64,000 bases of DNA, taken from Anaerolineales bacterium (lineage in GTDB: Bacteria; Chloroflexota; Anaerolineae; Anaerolineales; UBA4823). Shown here piece after piece: positions 28,300 to 38,336 of this stretch (position 1 is the first letter of the stretch; each line of letters starts with the position of its first letter). A model generated the notes under the pieces. That model saw only the letters and a program-made list of their open reading frames with translations, had not been told where the DNA came from and made no database searches. The translations under genes were made by a program, and so were the position numbers. The DNA is taken from contig JANXBJ010000005.1 of assembly GCA_025057645.1 (NCBI GenBank), positions 73,676 through 137,675 on the forward strand, written 5' to 3'.

Positions 28300-29865
28300 A
28301 TGCATACTCTCTCCCTTCCCGCGCATGGAGCTTCGCCTCAGCGTTTCTCTGCCAATTCCTGCCTGTTGGAACTCCCTCACAAGCCCTGGCGCTTCTTTCG
28401 CCATGGCTGGCAATCCTGGGCGTTTAGCAGTTGGGTTGACCCTCAGGCCCCTGCTGTGCCGATTCGTGCAGCGCAGTTTCGCGCCAAGGACGAGGACCCT
28501 CTCTATGCCCTGGCCCAAAAACACACCAGTGCTTGGGTGGCTGCGGTTCAGTTGGATGTGGATGACATCGTACTAATCGGAGGGATGGACTGGGGGGCGC
28601 GTGTGCAGTTCGAGGAAAACCGCCTCAGAGCCTTCTACGAGTCGGGCGAGGGCGAGTGGCTGCTCGTGCGCAGCACCGAATCCGAGGCGTTTTCCTACTA
28701 CACCCAAGCCCTGCTGGAAAGGTATCCTCGCTCTTCGCCCAGAAAAACGCCGCGGGTGTGGTGTTCTTGGTATAGCTTGTATCGCTTTATCCGGGAAGAG
28801 AGCCTCCACCACGTGCTGCGCGAGTTGGGCGATTTGCCCTTTGATGTCTTCCAAATCGATGATGGCTGGCAGATCAGCACCGGGGATTGGGAAGCTAATC
28901 CGAGGTTTCCAAGCGGCATGGCAGACCTAGCCGAGCGGATTCGGGCAAGTGGGCGTCAGGCGGGGTTGTGGCTTTCGCCTTTCATTGTGACCCCCGACTC
29001 TACGATTTACCGCAAATCTCCGGAGTGGTTGCTGCGTGACTCGGAGGGGAAGCCCGTCTTTGCCGGGAGAAATTGGAGCGGGATGACCTATGCGCTCGAC
29101 GTGACCCACCCTGCAGTTTTAGAGTGGCTGGAAGAGACCATTCGACGCGTCATCGGTTGGGGATATTCCTACCTGAAGCTAGACTTTCTTTATGCCGCAG
29201 CCTTGCCCGGACGGCGTTACCGAGAGATGCCTCGTGAGACCGCTTACCGCCAGGCGCTAGCGGTTATTCGCGCAGCAGCGCCTGAGGCCTATCTCCTCGC
29301 CTGCGGTGCTCCGATCCTACCGAGCCTTGGGTTGTGCGACGGTATCCGCATCGGCCCCGATGTCACCCCGTTTTGGTTGAACCGTGCTCTGAGTGTATGG
29401 CTCAGCAATCCCAATCACCCCAGCACCCAGAATGCGCTCCGTACCTCTTTGCACCGTCTGTGGCTAAAGCCTCTGATCGATATCGATCCGGACGTGGTCT
29501 ACTTTCGCTCTAGGCATAATGCCCTGACCCCAGAACAGCGCCGATGGATGGCCGATCTAGCTTCGATCTGCGGCTTCCGCAGCACTTCGGATCCACCCCA
29601 TTGGCTGACCGCCTCGGAACGCGAGCAGTTGCGCTCCTTTCTTGAGCAAGAGATGTGTGTTGAGCCTTTGGGCGAGTATCGCTTTCGTCTGGACGGACGC
29701 GAAGTCGATTTTCGCCCGATACTTCCTTTGCCCTCCCCGCAGAGGGTGCCTCTCTGGTTTGCTACCTCTCTGGGCTTTCTTCAGATGGGGGTTTATGAAG
29801 TGCTGCCGGCTTTGTGGGAATCGTTGCGCATCCGAACGGGGCGCAATTTGAAGCGGGGGGAGTAG
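28300..29865 (+). CDS. GH36/GH27-like alpha-galactosidase family glycoside hydrolase
   Basis: CSWYSLY, FQIDDGWQ and YLKLDFLYAA (KxD nucleophile context). Confidence 0.6.
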   Translation: MHTLSLPAHGASPQRFSANSCLLELPHKPWRFFRHGWQSWAFSSWVDPQAPAVPIRAAQFRAKDEDPLYALAQKHTSAWVAAVQLDVDDIVLIGGMDWGARVQFEENRLRAFYESGEGEWLLVRSTESEAFSYYTQALLERYPRSSPRKTPRVWCSWYSLYRFIREESLHHVLRELGDLPFDVFQIDDGWQISTGDWEANPRFPSGMADLAERIRASGRQAGLWLSPFIVTPDSTIYRKSPEWLLRDSEGKPVFAGRNWSGMTYALDVTHPAVLEWLEETIRRVIGWGYSYLKLDFLYAAALPGRRYREMPRETAYRQALAVIRAAAPEAYLLACGAPILPSLGLCDGIRIGPDVTPFWLNRALSVWLSNPNHPSTQNALRTSLHRLWLKPLIDIDPDVVYFRSRHNALTPEQRRWMADLASICGFRSTSDPPHWLTASEREQLRSFLEQEMCVEPLGEYRFRLDGREVDFRPILPLPSPQRVPLWFATSLGFLQMGVYEVLPALWESLRIRTGRNLKRGE

Positions 29866-29904
29866 GGCTGAGACACCCGGAGCAGCCGCTGTGGAGAAAG
29901 CGGC

Positions 29905-30591
29905 TCAGCGGTTGCGGAGGCGTGTCCCGCCGAGGTAAGCGGCTTTGACATGCTCGTTTTCGCGCAGTTCCGCTGCCGTACCCTGAATGGCAATTTTGCC
30001 GGTCTCTAGAATATAGCCGTAGTTGGCGATTGAAAGGGCCTTGCGAGCATTTTGTTCGACTAATAAAATGGAAACCTTCTCCTCTTCGTGGATCTGCCTG
30101 ATCACCCGGAAGATCTCCTGAACCAAAATCGGCGCTAGTCCTAGCGAGGGCTCGTCTAGGAGCAAAATCTTGGGCTTGGAGATCAGCCCGCGTCCGATGG
30201 CAAGCATTTGCTGCTCGCCGCCGGATAAAGTGCCGGCAAGCTGCTTCCGCCGCTCTCTGAGGATAGGAAATAGAGTGAAAATCCATTCCTTGGTCTCTCG
30301 TATCTGTCTCTCGCTCAGTTTGTGGCGCACTCCCCAGGTGCCGAGGTTCAGGTTTTCTTCTACGGTGAGGGTAGCAAAAACGCGTCGTCCTTCGGGAATA
30401 TGGGCCATTCCCAGCGCAGCCAATTGATGCGGTAGGTACTTGCTCAAGTCCTGACCCATCAGTCGCACCACCCCGCTCTTGATCGGCACCAAGCCTGAGA
30501 TGACTTTCAAAAGGGTGGTCTTGCCGGCTCCGTTGGCGCCTAGCACGGCAATGATCTCCCCTTCTTGAAGCTGCAAAGAGATGCCCTTCAA
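29905..30591 (-). CDS. livF: Branched-chain amino-acid-type ABC transporter ATP-binding protein (LivF-like)
   Basis: GANGAGKTT, LSGGEQQMLAIGRGL and LLLDEPSLGLAP. Confidence 0.85.
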   Translation of the reverse strand: MKGISLQLQEGEIIAVLGANGAGKTTLLKVISGLVPIKSGVVRLMGQDLSKYLPHQLAALGMAHIPEGRRVFATLTVEENLNLGTWGVRHKLSERQIRETKEWIFTLFPILRERRKQLAGTLSGGEQQMLAIGRGLISKPKILLLDEPSLGLAPILVQEIFRVIRQIHEEEKVSILLVEQNARKALSIANYGYILETGKIAIQGTAAELRENEHVKAAYLGGTRLRNR

Positions 30592-30651
30592 AGCTTCAAC
30601 TGCGCCGTAAGCAACAACCAGATTCTCAACCGAAAGCAGGGCCTCTATAGC

Positions 30652-32535
30652 CTAATCCTCCTTTCCCAGATAAGCCTCGATGACGCGGGGGTTCTGATAG
30701 ATTTCGGAGGGCAATCCTTCGGCGATCTTCGAGCCCATGTCCATCACCGTCACCCAATCCGAGATGCCCATGACCACGTTCATGTCATGCTCAATCAAAA
30801 AGAGCGTGAGGCCCTCGGCCACAAGAGTTTTGAGGAACTCCATCAGCTCTTCTGTTTCCTTCTCGTTTAGCCCCGAGGAGGGCTCGTCAAGGACAAGCAA
30901 GCTCGGGTTGGTGGCTAGCGCCCGCGCAATTTCCAGCAAACGCTGCTTTCCGTAGGGTAGGTTTTTCGCCAGCTCGTTGCGAAATTCCCACAGCCCGACC
31001 TGATGTAGGCGATAGGAAGCAATTTCTAGGATTTGCCGCTCTTCCCGCTGTTGGTGTGGCGTTCGGAAAATCGAGGCCCACGTGCCGCTCCGAGCATGAC
31101 AGTGCGGTCCGGACATCACATTCTCGATGCAGGTCAAGGAGGGGAAGAGGCGAATATTCTGAAAGGTACGGGCAATTCCCTTGCTGACCACTGCGTGGGG
31201 CTTGAGGTTGGTGATATCCTCTCCCCTAAAGATCACCTTGCCGGCGGTGGGGCGATAAATGCCGGTGATCACGTTGAAAAGGGTGGTTTTCCCGGCGCCG
31301 TTCGGCCCGATCAAAGCAGTGATCTGACCGGCACGAATCTGAAGGTCAAACGCATTGACCGCCACCAGCCCACCGAATTGCATGGTCAGGTTTTGAGTTT
31401 CCAACACTACGCCGTTTGTCGCCGGCGCCGGGTTAGCCCTGAGCGTTGTCAGGGTCTTGCCTTCGCTTGACTTTTGGACCACTCCCACGATGAAGATGTT
31501 TTCGTCTTCAGGCACGCCCCCGATTCCTAAACTGTGGAGGCCTATCCCTTCGCGGCGGCGGGGCAAGATGCCTCCCGGACGGAAGATCATCATCATCACC
31601 AAAGCTGCACCAAAGAAGAGCAAGCGGTAGCTGGCGAACTGGCGGAAGATTTCCGGAAAGACCACAATGATCGCTGCGCCCAAAATATTGCCGGGAATCG
31701 ACCCTAATCCCCCGAGCAAAACGATCACGAAGAAGAGGGCTGAGTCCATGAAAGTGAAGTTTGCAGGGGAGATGATCATCATCTTCGAAGCGTAGATGTT
31801 CCCCGCCAAACCGGCCAGCGCAGCCCCCGAGACAAAGGCGATCAGCTTATAGTAACGCACATCTATGCCGTTGGCTTCGGCAGCGATTTCATCTTCGCGG
31901 ATGAAGTTCCAGGCCCGTCCGACACGCGACCGCTGCAGATTGACTAAACCGAGGATCACCAAGGCGACAATAATCCATACATAGAAATAAAACTCAGTCG
32001 GAGTGCGCAGGGCGAAAAGTCCGAAGTCCGGATTGCCGATGCCGGTGATCCCATTGGCGCCATTGGTCAAGCCGAAAGGGTTGTTCAAGGCGGCTAGGCG
32101 GACGATCTCGCCGATGCCAATTGTGACGATGCACAGGTAATCTCCGCGCAAGTGAATGATGGGGGAAGTAACCAAATAGGCGAACAGTCCTGCCGCCAAG
32201 GCGCTTAGAGGCAACAGCACTACGATGGGAATATTCCAGCGAGTGTAAAGGATTGCGGTGGTATACGCGCCAATGGCATAAAAAGCCGCATGCCCTAAAT
32301 CAAACAGTCCAACTTCACCTAAGACAATGTTCAAGCTCAGCCCCAGCAGGACATAGATTCCTACAAAGAAGCCTACGTCGATCCAGTAGTTATTGACGAA
32401 AGGCAGGAAAGGATAGACAAGCAGCAAGAGAATGATCAGACCAACCCAAAGCTTTGTTGAGCGTGCTGAGCGCACTCTGCCTTCTTGCTGCGCCTTCCAT
32501 AAGCGTTGGGTGAGTTTCTTGGTAAGGTCGATCAT
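30652..32535 (-). CDS. Fused LivM-like permease + LivG-like ATPase
   Basis: The N-terminal roughly 330 aa are polytopic and LivM-like (GHAAFYAIGAYT). The C-terminal half is an ABC ATPase (GPNGAGKTTLFN, LPYGKQRLLEIARAL, LVLDEPSSGL). Confidence 0.85.
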   Translation of the reverse strand: MIDLTKKLTQRLWKAQQEGRVRSARSTKLWVGLIILLLLVYPFLPFVNNYWIDVGFFVGIYVLLGLSLNIVLGEVGLFDLGHAAFYAIGAYTTAILYTRWNIPIVVLLPLSALAAGLFAYLVTSPIIHLRGDYLCIVTIGIGEIVRLAALNNPFGLTNGANGITGIGNPDFGLFALRTPTEFYFYVWIIVALVILGLVNLQRSRVGRAWNFIREDEIAAEANGIDVRYYKLIAFVSGAALAGLAGNIYASKMMIISPANFTFMDSALFFVIVLLGGLGSIPGNILGAAIIVVFPEIFRQFASYRLLFFGAALVMMMIFRPGGILPRRREGIGLHSLGIGGVPEDENIFIVGVVQKSSEGKTLTTLRANPAPATNGVVLETQNLTMQFGGLVAVNAFDLQIRAGQITALIGPNGAGKTTLFNVITGIYRPTAGKVIFRGEDITNLKPHAVVSKGIARTFQNIRLFPSLTCIENVMSGPHCHARSGTWASIFRTPHQQREERQILEIASYRLHQVGLWEFRNELAKNLPYGKQRLLEIARALATNPSLLVLDEPSSGLNEKETEELMEFLKTLVAEGLTLFLIEHDMNVVMGISDWVTVMDMGSKIAEGLPSEIYQNPRVIEAYLGKED

Positions 32536-32538
32536 CCC

Positions 32539-33453
32539 TTATACTTTTTCGGCTACTTTTTCTCCGATCAGTCCGGTGGGACGCACGATAAGAATGACAA
32601 TCAGAATGAGAAACACAAACACGTTCTTCCATGCCCCGGAGACAAACCCCTCAAAGAGCGATTCGAGCAGGCCGAGCAGCAGGCCCCCGACCATTGCTCC
32701 GGGGATGTTGCCGATGCCTCCGATAATGGTGGCGGTGAAGGCCTTGAGTCCGTATCCCCATCCCATATTAAAAATGATGCGGCTGTAGTTCAAGCCGGCG
32801 AACACTCCTGCTAGAGCACCAAGAGCCGGACCAACCGAGAAGACAAAGAGAATAATGGAACGGAAGTTGATCCCCATCAGGGTAGCCGTCTCACGATCCA
32901 AAGCCGTAGCCCGAACCGCAGCTCCGAAAAGGGTCTTTTCGACAATGAAATAAATCACCGCCATTAGGGTCAGCGAAACCAGTAGGGTGACCAGTTTGAT
33001 GTCCGGGATATAAATCTCCCCAAACAGGCGCAGTGTGCCGGAGGGGATGCCGGTTTGGGGGTAGGCTTGAAAACGAGGGCCCCAAACGGCCATAATTCCG
33101 TTCGAGATAAAGATCGAAGCTCCCAACGCCGAAACCACTAAGGGCAGACGTCCGGCTTTATACACCGGGCGGTAAGCGACCCGTTCCACCAAGAGACCCC
33201 CCAAGGCCAACCCCAACATTGCCCCTAGAATGGCCAACGCAATTCCACCCCATAGACCGAAAGTGCGCGTTACCCAGCCAGAGCCGATCACCAGGATGGT
33301 ATAGCCCAGGTAGCTGCCCAAGGTGAAGAAATCGCCATGGGCAAAGTTGATCAGCTTCATCACCCCGTAGACCATAGAGTACCCCATGGCAACCAGCGCA
33401 TAGAAAGAGCCAATGGTCAAACCGTTGGTGAGCTGCTCGAGGAGCAATTGCAT
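32539..33453 (-). CDS. livH: LivH-like ABC permease
   Basis: MQLLLEQLTNGLTIGSFYALVAMGYSMVYGVMKLINFAHGD is the canonical LivH N-terminus. Confidence 0.85.
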   Translation of the reverse strand: MQLLLEQLTNGLTIGSFYALVAMGYSMVYGVMKLINFAHGDFFTLGSYLGYTILVIGSGWVTRTFGLWGGIALAILGAMLGLALGGLLVERVAYRPVYKAGRLPLVVSALGASIFISNGIMAVWGPRFQAYPQTGIPSGTLRLFGEIYIPDIKLVTLLVSLTLMAVIYFIVEKTLFGAAVRATALDRETATLMGINFRSIILFVFSVGPALGALAGVFAGLNYSRIIFNMGWGYGLKAFTATIIGGIGNIPGAMVGGLLLGLLESLFEGFVSGAWKNVFVFLILIVILIVRPTGLIGEKVAEKV

Positions 33454-33537
33454 CGGAAGCCTCCTAGTTCCTCATCGAGGGGGGCCCCTCTCCCGCACTG
33501 GGAGAGGGGAAAAGGAACGCAAGAATCCACTCGCAGT

Positions 33538-34701
33538 TTACTTGGGATAATATAGCTCCAATTGCCCCTGATCGTTGTAGATGTAGGCGTAGTAAGGGAT
33601 GTTCTTGCGGTCGCCGCGCTCGGTGAACATCAGCGGGCCGGTAATTCCCTTAACATCGGTCATAGTGCGCATGGTTTGGGCGATCGCATCCGGATCGAGT
33701 GCCCCGGCCTTTTGGATGGCCGCAGCTAGGGCATTTAGAGCGTCTGCGGCGTAGACTGCCCAAATGGATCCGGGGAGCTCGTTGTACTTCGCCTTATAGG
33801 CTTCCATGAACTCAATTGACTCTGGGTAGTTTAAGAATTGGGGCATAGGCTCGTTGAGGTGGATGGAGCCTTTGATCACATCGATGCCGGCGATCTTCTC
33901 GAACTCGGGGGTTGGCACAGAGTTGTTGCCCACAAAGAGCCCGGTGTAGCCGGCCTGGCGGGCCTGTTTGAGCAACAACGCGGCTTCTGGGTAATAAGCA
34001 GTGAAGAACCAGACATCGGGGTTGATCTCCTTGATCTGGCTGACCACAGCAGAGTAGTCACTCTCCCCCGGGGTAATGGCATCGTAATAGACCAATTCTA
34101 CTTGTCCTGCATCAATGTAAGGTTGGAGAAACTTCTTGGCGTCCTCCGCTACGCCGCGACCGTAGTCTTGGTTGTCGTGCATAATGGCGATGCGTTTGGC
34201 GCCCAGCACTTCTACGGCGAATTTGGCGAAGAACTCGGACTGGGTGTCATCTCGACCCGAGGTGCGGAAGAAATAGGGGCGTTGCTTCTCCATGGTCAGA
34301 CGTACAGCGGTGCAACCGTAACCGACGGAGACCACCTTGTTGGCATCGTAGAGGTCGGCTGCGGGAGCGGTCACCGAGGAACCGTAAGAGGCAATGACCG
34401 CTTTCAAGCCTTGGGAGATCAACTTTTGCGCTGCTAGGGCGCTATCTTTGGGGTTGGAAGCGTCGTCGGCGACGATAATTTCAATCTGCTTGCCTAGCAC
34501 TCCTCCCTTCTTATTGAGCAGCTCTTTTGCCACCTCCACCGATTGCACCGCCCATTGGCCTTCAGCGGCGAAGTCTCCCGTTAGAGGGGCTTGCAAGCCG
34601 ATTTGGATGGTTTGGGGTTCTGCAGGTTTTGGCTGGCAAGCTGCCAAGGCCAATGAAAGGGTTAAGACAAGCACAAGGATGACGCCGGGGATTCTCTTCA
34701 T
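33538..34701 (-). CDS. LivJ/K-type periplasmic-binding lipoprotein
   Basis: Lipobox LALAAC, then IQIGLQAPLTGDFAAEG, typical of the type I PBP Leu/Ile/Val-binding family. Confidence 0.8.
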   Translation of the reverse strand: MKRIPGVILVLVLTLSLALAACQPKPAEPQTIQIGLQAPLTGDFAAEGQWAVQSVEVAKELLNKKGGVLGKQIEIIVADDASNPKDSALAAQKLISQGLKAVIASYGSSVTAPAADLYDANKVVSVGYGCTAVRLTMEKQRPYFFRTSGRDDTQSEFFAKFAVEVLGAKRIAIMHDNQDYGRGVAEDAKKFLQPYIDAGQVELVYYDAITPGESDYSAVVSQIKEINPDVWFFTAYYPEAALLLKQARQAGYTGLFVGNNSVPTPEFEKIAGIDVIKGSIHLNEPMPQFLNYPESIEFMEAYKAKYNELPGSIWAVYAADALNALAAAIQKAGALDPDAIAQTMRTMTDVKGITGPLMFTERGDRKNIPYYAYIYNDQGQLELYYPK

Positions 34702-34763
34702 TTCCTTTTTCCTCCTCCTAAGGGTTTAGGATCAGATGAGTGGGTTCATCTTGCTCAAAAAAC

Positions 34764-35792
34764 CTAGCGAAGGATGAAACCGTGCTGCAGAGGATCTTGG
34801 GGGTCGATCAACCACTCGCCCAGCCCCACAATCGAAGCGCTGCCCGAAACCTCCGGAATGACTGCTTCGTAAGGACCGTATTGAAGCGTTTGAACTACCT
34901 TGCCGGTGAAGGTTGTGCCGAGGATGCTCTCGATGATGATCGGTTGCCCGAAGGTGATTTCTTTCCGAGCATAATGAAGGGCCAAGCGGGCGCTCACGCC
35001 AGTGCCGGTGGGCGAACGGTCCACCTCTCCTTCGGCAAAGATGCACACATTGCGGCTGTGGTGCCCTTCCTGAAGTGCTCTTCCGACAAAGATAGTGCCG
35101 TATAAGAAGCTTAGGTCTTCCTCGAAAGGGTGCCTAATCGGCACAGCTTCCATAACGGCACGCTTGATGCGCATGCCGAGGTCGATCAGGGTGCGGAAGT
35201 CTTCGGCTTCTAAACCCACTCCAACCTCCTCGGCTTGCACCAAGGCATAGAAGGCACCACCAAAAGCAATGTCGAAGCGCACCTCCCCCACACCCGGCAC
35301 GGGCACTCTTTGGTCGGCGAGGTAGACAAAAGAAGGTACATTGTGAAAGGCCACTCGGCGCACACGGCCATTTTGGCGATAAGCGTAGGCTGTGATTAGG
35401 CCGGCCGGCGTTTCGATCTTGATTACTGCCGGCTCCCCATCCTTTTGAAGCAGACCACAGTCCAGTAGGACCACCCCTAGCCCAATGATCCCATGACCGC
35501 ACATTGTGCTGTAGCCCTCGTTGTGCATAAAGATTACCCCCACATCATTCTCAGCGGAGGCTGGCTCGGTGAGCAGCGCACCGTACATATCGGCGTGACC
35601 GCGCGGCTCCCACATTAGGGCAGTGCGCAGGTAGTCAAGATTCTCTTTGAGGTAACGGCGTTTCTCGAGAATGGTGCCTTTAGGCAGGGGAGGAAATCCT
35701 TCGAGGATCACTCGCAAGGGCTCGCCGGCGGTATGGGCTTCAATGGTCTTAATCCGCATCCAGTCTGCAGGGGGAGTCCAATCGAAACTCAT
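34764..35792 (-). CDS. Proline racemase-superfamily enzyme with Cys/Thr catalytic pair (trans-3-hydroxy-L-proline dehydratase-like)
   Basis: AHTAGEP, STMCGHG (first catalytic Cys) and DRSPTGTG, where Thr replaces the second Cys of true racemases/epimerases. Confidence 0.7.
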   Translation of the reverse strand: MSFDWTPPADWMRIKTIEAHTAGEPLRVILEGFPPLPKGTILEKRRYLKENLDYLRTALMWEPRGHADMYGALLTEPASAENDVGVIFMHNEGYSTMCGHGIIGLGVVLLDCGLLQKDGEPAVIKIETPAGLITAYAYRQNGRVRRVAFHNVPSFVYLADQRVPVPGVGEVRFDIAFGGAFYALVQAEEVGVGLEAEDFRTLIDLGMRIKRAVMEAVPIRHPFEEDLSFLYGTIFVGRALQEGHHSRNVCIFAEGEVDRSPTGTGVSARLALHYARKEITFGQPIIIESILGTTFTGKVVQTLQYGPYEAVIPEVSGSASIVGLGEWLIDPQDPLQHGFILR

Positions 35793-36160
35793 CGGGCGGT
35801 GCTCAGTGGCGAAGGAAACTTCCCTTATCGGTTGAGAGTCCTCTGCTCACCAACCTTGGCTTTGCGGCAAGACGAACGGGGATGGCAAGAAGAACGACAG
35901 CTCTGCTGTCAGAAGAAAAGAAATTGGAGAGTCCAAAGGCTTGTTTGCCGATTTGAAACTTTGCCTCCTTTCCTCTGTTTGTGCGGTTTCTTTCAGAGAG
36001 GCTGCTGCGTTACCCGAGCCTAGTTAATCCACCTTACGCGCTCCTGCTTCCTCCCCAACGGTGATGCAACCTTCTGTACACAGCATATTTTCACACAATT
36101 GCAGGCATCTGTCAATAAACGAGGGTGTGGATTTCCCAGAAAAATCAGCGCAATGGCTTC

Positions 36161-38326
36161 TCAGATCCGCCCGCGTGGTTGGGGTGCCGGTCGCCCAGCC
36201 AGCTCTTCGGGGCGAGCTTTGGTGATGCGCACCACGGCGGCTTTGTATTCGGGGATCTTCGCCAGAGGATCCAATTGATCGTGGGTAAGCAAGTTGGCCG
36301 CCGCTTCGTGGAAATGAAAGGGGATAAAGACCACACCGCGGTTGGTCTTCTCGGTGACCCGAGCGCGGAGGACGATTGAAGCCCTGCGTGACGTCACGCG
36401 CACGGCGTCGCCGTCCTCGATGCCTAAGGTGCTGGCATCATGGGGGTGGATTTCCACGAGGGGCTCCGGATAGAGATCGTCCACCCAGGAATGGCGGGTC
36501 ATCGTTCCTCCATGCCAGTGTTCCAAGACCCGCCCCGTGCTCAATACCAACGGATACTCCTCATCGGGCATTTCGGCATTAGGTACGTAATCCAAGGGAT
36601 GAAACTTGCCCCTGCCGCGCGGGAAGGTCTCGGCGAATAAGTAGGGGGTGCCGGGATGTTTCTCATCCCACACCGGGGTTTGCAAACCGCCTTCTCGATC
36701 TAGGCGCTCGTAGGTGATTCCACCGTATTCCGGAACGCCGCGCCGAATTTCTTCCATGATCTCGGCAGGGTGCGAATAGTCCCAATAGGCACTTTGTCTC
36801 CGCCCCAGTTTGCGCTCGATCCGCTTTGCCAGGTCGCAGAGGATTTCCCAATCCGCCCGCGACTGGCCGCGCGGTGGGATGGCGCGGCGCACGCGCTGGA
36901 CGCGCCGGTCGGTGTTGGTGAACGTCCCATCCTTTTCTGCCCACGAAACCGCAGGCAGAAAAACGTCCGCAAAGGCACCGGATTCGTTGATGAACAGGTC
37001 CTGAGCGACCAGGAACTCCAACTCGCTCATCTTTTGACGCGTATGATTGAGATCCGGCTCCGACATCATCGGGTTTTCCCCCATGATATACAGGGCGCGC
37101 ACGCCGTGAGGGCCGACCGCGCTGAGGATCTCGGTTGTAGTCAAGCCGCGGCGACGGTTCAAACCACCCGGCTCGACATTCCATAATCTCTCCCAGCGTT
37201 GGGCGTTTTCCTCGTGATCCACTCGCTGATAACCGGGATAGTGCCATGGCATGGCACCCATGTCGGAGGCACCTTGGACGTTGTTTTGACCGCGCAGCGG
37301 ATTCAGGCCGGTGCCACGCCGCCCAATGTGACCGGTAAGCAAGGCAAGGTTAATCAGGCTCAGCGCATTTGCGGTGCCGTGTGTTGACTCGGGGATGCCC
37401 AATGCCCAGTAGATCGCTGCATTGCGCGCCGTGGCATACATGCGGGCCGCTTCGATAATCAGATGGCGTGGCACACCGCTGATTTCCTCTGCCACTTCGG
37501 GGGTGAATTTTTCCATTGAAGCTGCGAAGGCTTCAAAGTTTTCGGTGCGCTGTTCGATGAATTCGCGGTTATACAAACCCTCCTTGAGGATCACATGCGC
37601 CATTGCCGAAAAGACGGGCACATCGGTGCCCGGCTTGAGGGGCAGATACAGGGTGGCATAATCGACCATCTCGATGCGTCGCGGGTCGACCACAATTAAT
37701 TTTGCTCCGTATTTGCGCACCGCCGCTTTCATCTGCAGGGCAATGATCGGGTGATTCTCAGTAGGGTTGGAGCCGGTGAGGATAAAGACGTCGTTTTCAA
37801 TCACTTCGGCGGCTGTATTGCTCATCGCCGAAGAGCCGATCGCCATCTGTAAGGCGACCACGCTGGCGGCATGACAGAGGCGGGTACAATGATCAACGTT
37901 ATTGGTGCGGAAGAGGGCGCGATAAAGCTTCTGAAGCAGGTAGTTATCCTCATTGGTGGCCTTAGCGCAGCAGTAGACCGCCATTGCATCCGGGCCGTAA
38001 TTGCGGTAAATCTCCACCAAGCGGTCGGCGACAAAATCCAAAGCCTCGTCCCATGAAACTTCCCGCCACTCCTCAAGGTCAAAGGCCTGGGTGCGCTCGC
38101 CGGGCTTTTGAGGTTTTCTGCGCAGCAGGGGTCGGGTTATCCGTTTAGGATGGTAGAGAAAATCTGTCCCGAAACGGCCCTTGACGCATAGATTTCCGTG
38201 GTTGACCGGCGAGTCGAACGGCGCCGAGACGTGGTAGATGAAGTTATCTTTGATGTGCAACTGCATGTTGCAACCGACACCACAGAAGGGACAGACGGTG
38301 GAGACAATTCGATCCGGGGTGAGCAT
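36161..38326 (-). CDS. Molybdopterin (bis-MGD) formate dehydrogenase catalytic subunit
   Basis: 4Fe-4S Mo/W motif CPFCGVGCNM...C, then NNVDHCTRLCHAAS (Cys ligand, no in-frame TGA) and a C-terminal beta-barrel region. I chose the ATG at 38326: GAGGAGG lies 6 nt upstream and overlaps the stop of the preceding gene. The ORF extends to 38374. Confidence 0.85.
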   Translation of the reverse strand: MLTPDRIVSTVCPFCGVGCNMQLHIKDNFIYHVSAPFDSPVNHGNLCVKGRFGTDFLYHPKRITRPLLRRKPQKPGERTQAFDLEEWREVSWDEALDFVADRLVEIYRNYGPDAMAVYCCAKATNEDNYLLQKLYRALFRTNNVDHCTRLCHAASVVALQMAIGSSAMSNTAAEVIENDVFILTGSNPTENHPIIALQMKAAVRKYGAKLIVVDPRRIEMVDYATLYLPLKPGTDVPVFSAMAHVILKEGLYNREFIEQRTENFEAFAASMEKFTPEVAEEISGVPRHLIIEAARMYATARNAAIYWALGIPESTHGTANALSLINLALLTGHIGRRGTGLNPLRGQNNVQGASDMGAMPWHYPGYQRVDHEENAQRWERLWNVEPGGLNRRRGLTTTEILSAVGPHGVRALYIMGENPMMSEPDLNHTRQKMSELEFLVAQDLFINESGAFADVFLPAVSWAEKDGTFTNTDRRVQRVRRAIPPRGQSRADWEILCDLAKRIERKLGRRQSAYWDYSHPAEIMEEIRRGVPEYGGITYERLDREGGLQTPVWDEKHPGTPYLFAETFPRGRGKFHPLDYVPNAEMPDEEYPLVLSTGRVLEHWHGGTMTRHSWVDDLYPEPLVEIHPHDASTLGIEDGDAVRVTSRRASIVLRARVTEKTNRGVVFIPFHFHEAAANLLTHDQLDPLAKIPEYKAAVVRITKARPEELAGRPAPQPRGRI

Positions 38327-38336
38327 AGAGACCTCC

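Noticed and set aside
36161-38326. Selenocysteine-containing formate dehydrogenase.
   Set aside because: The frame has no internal TGA. The metal-ligand position reads Cys (RLCHAAS).
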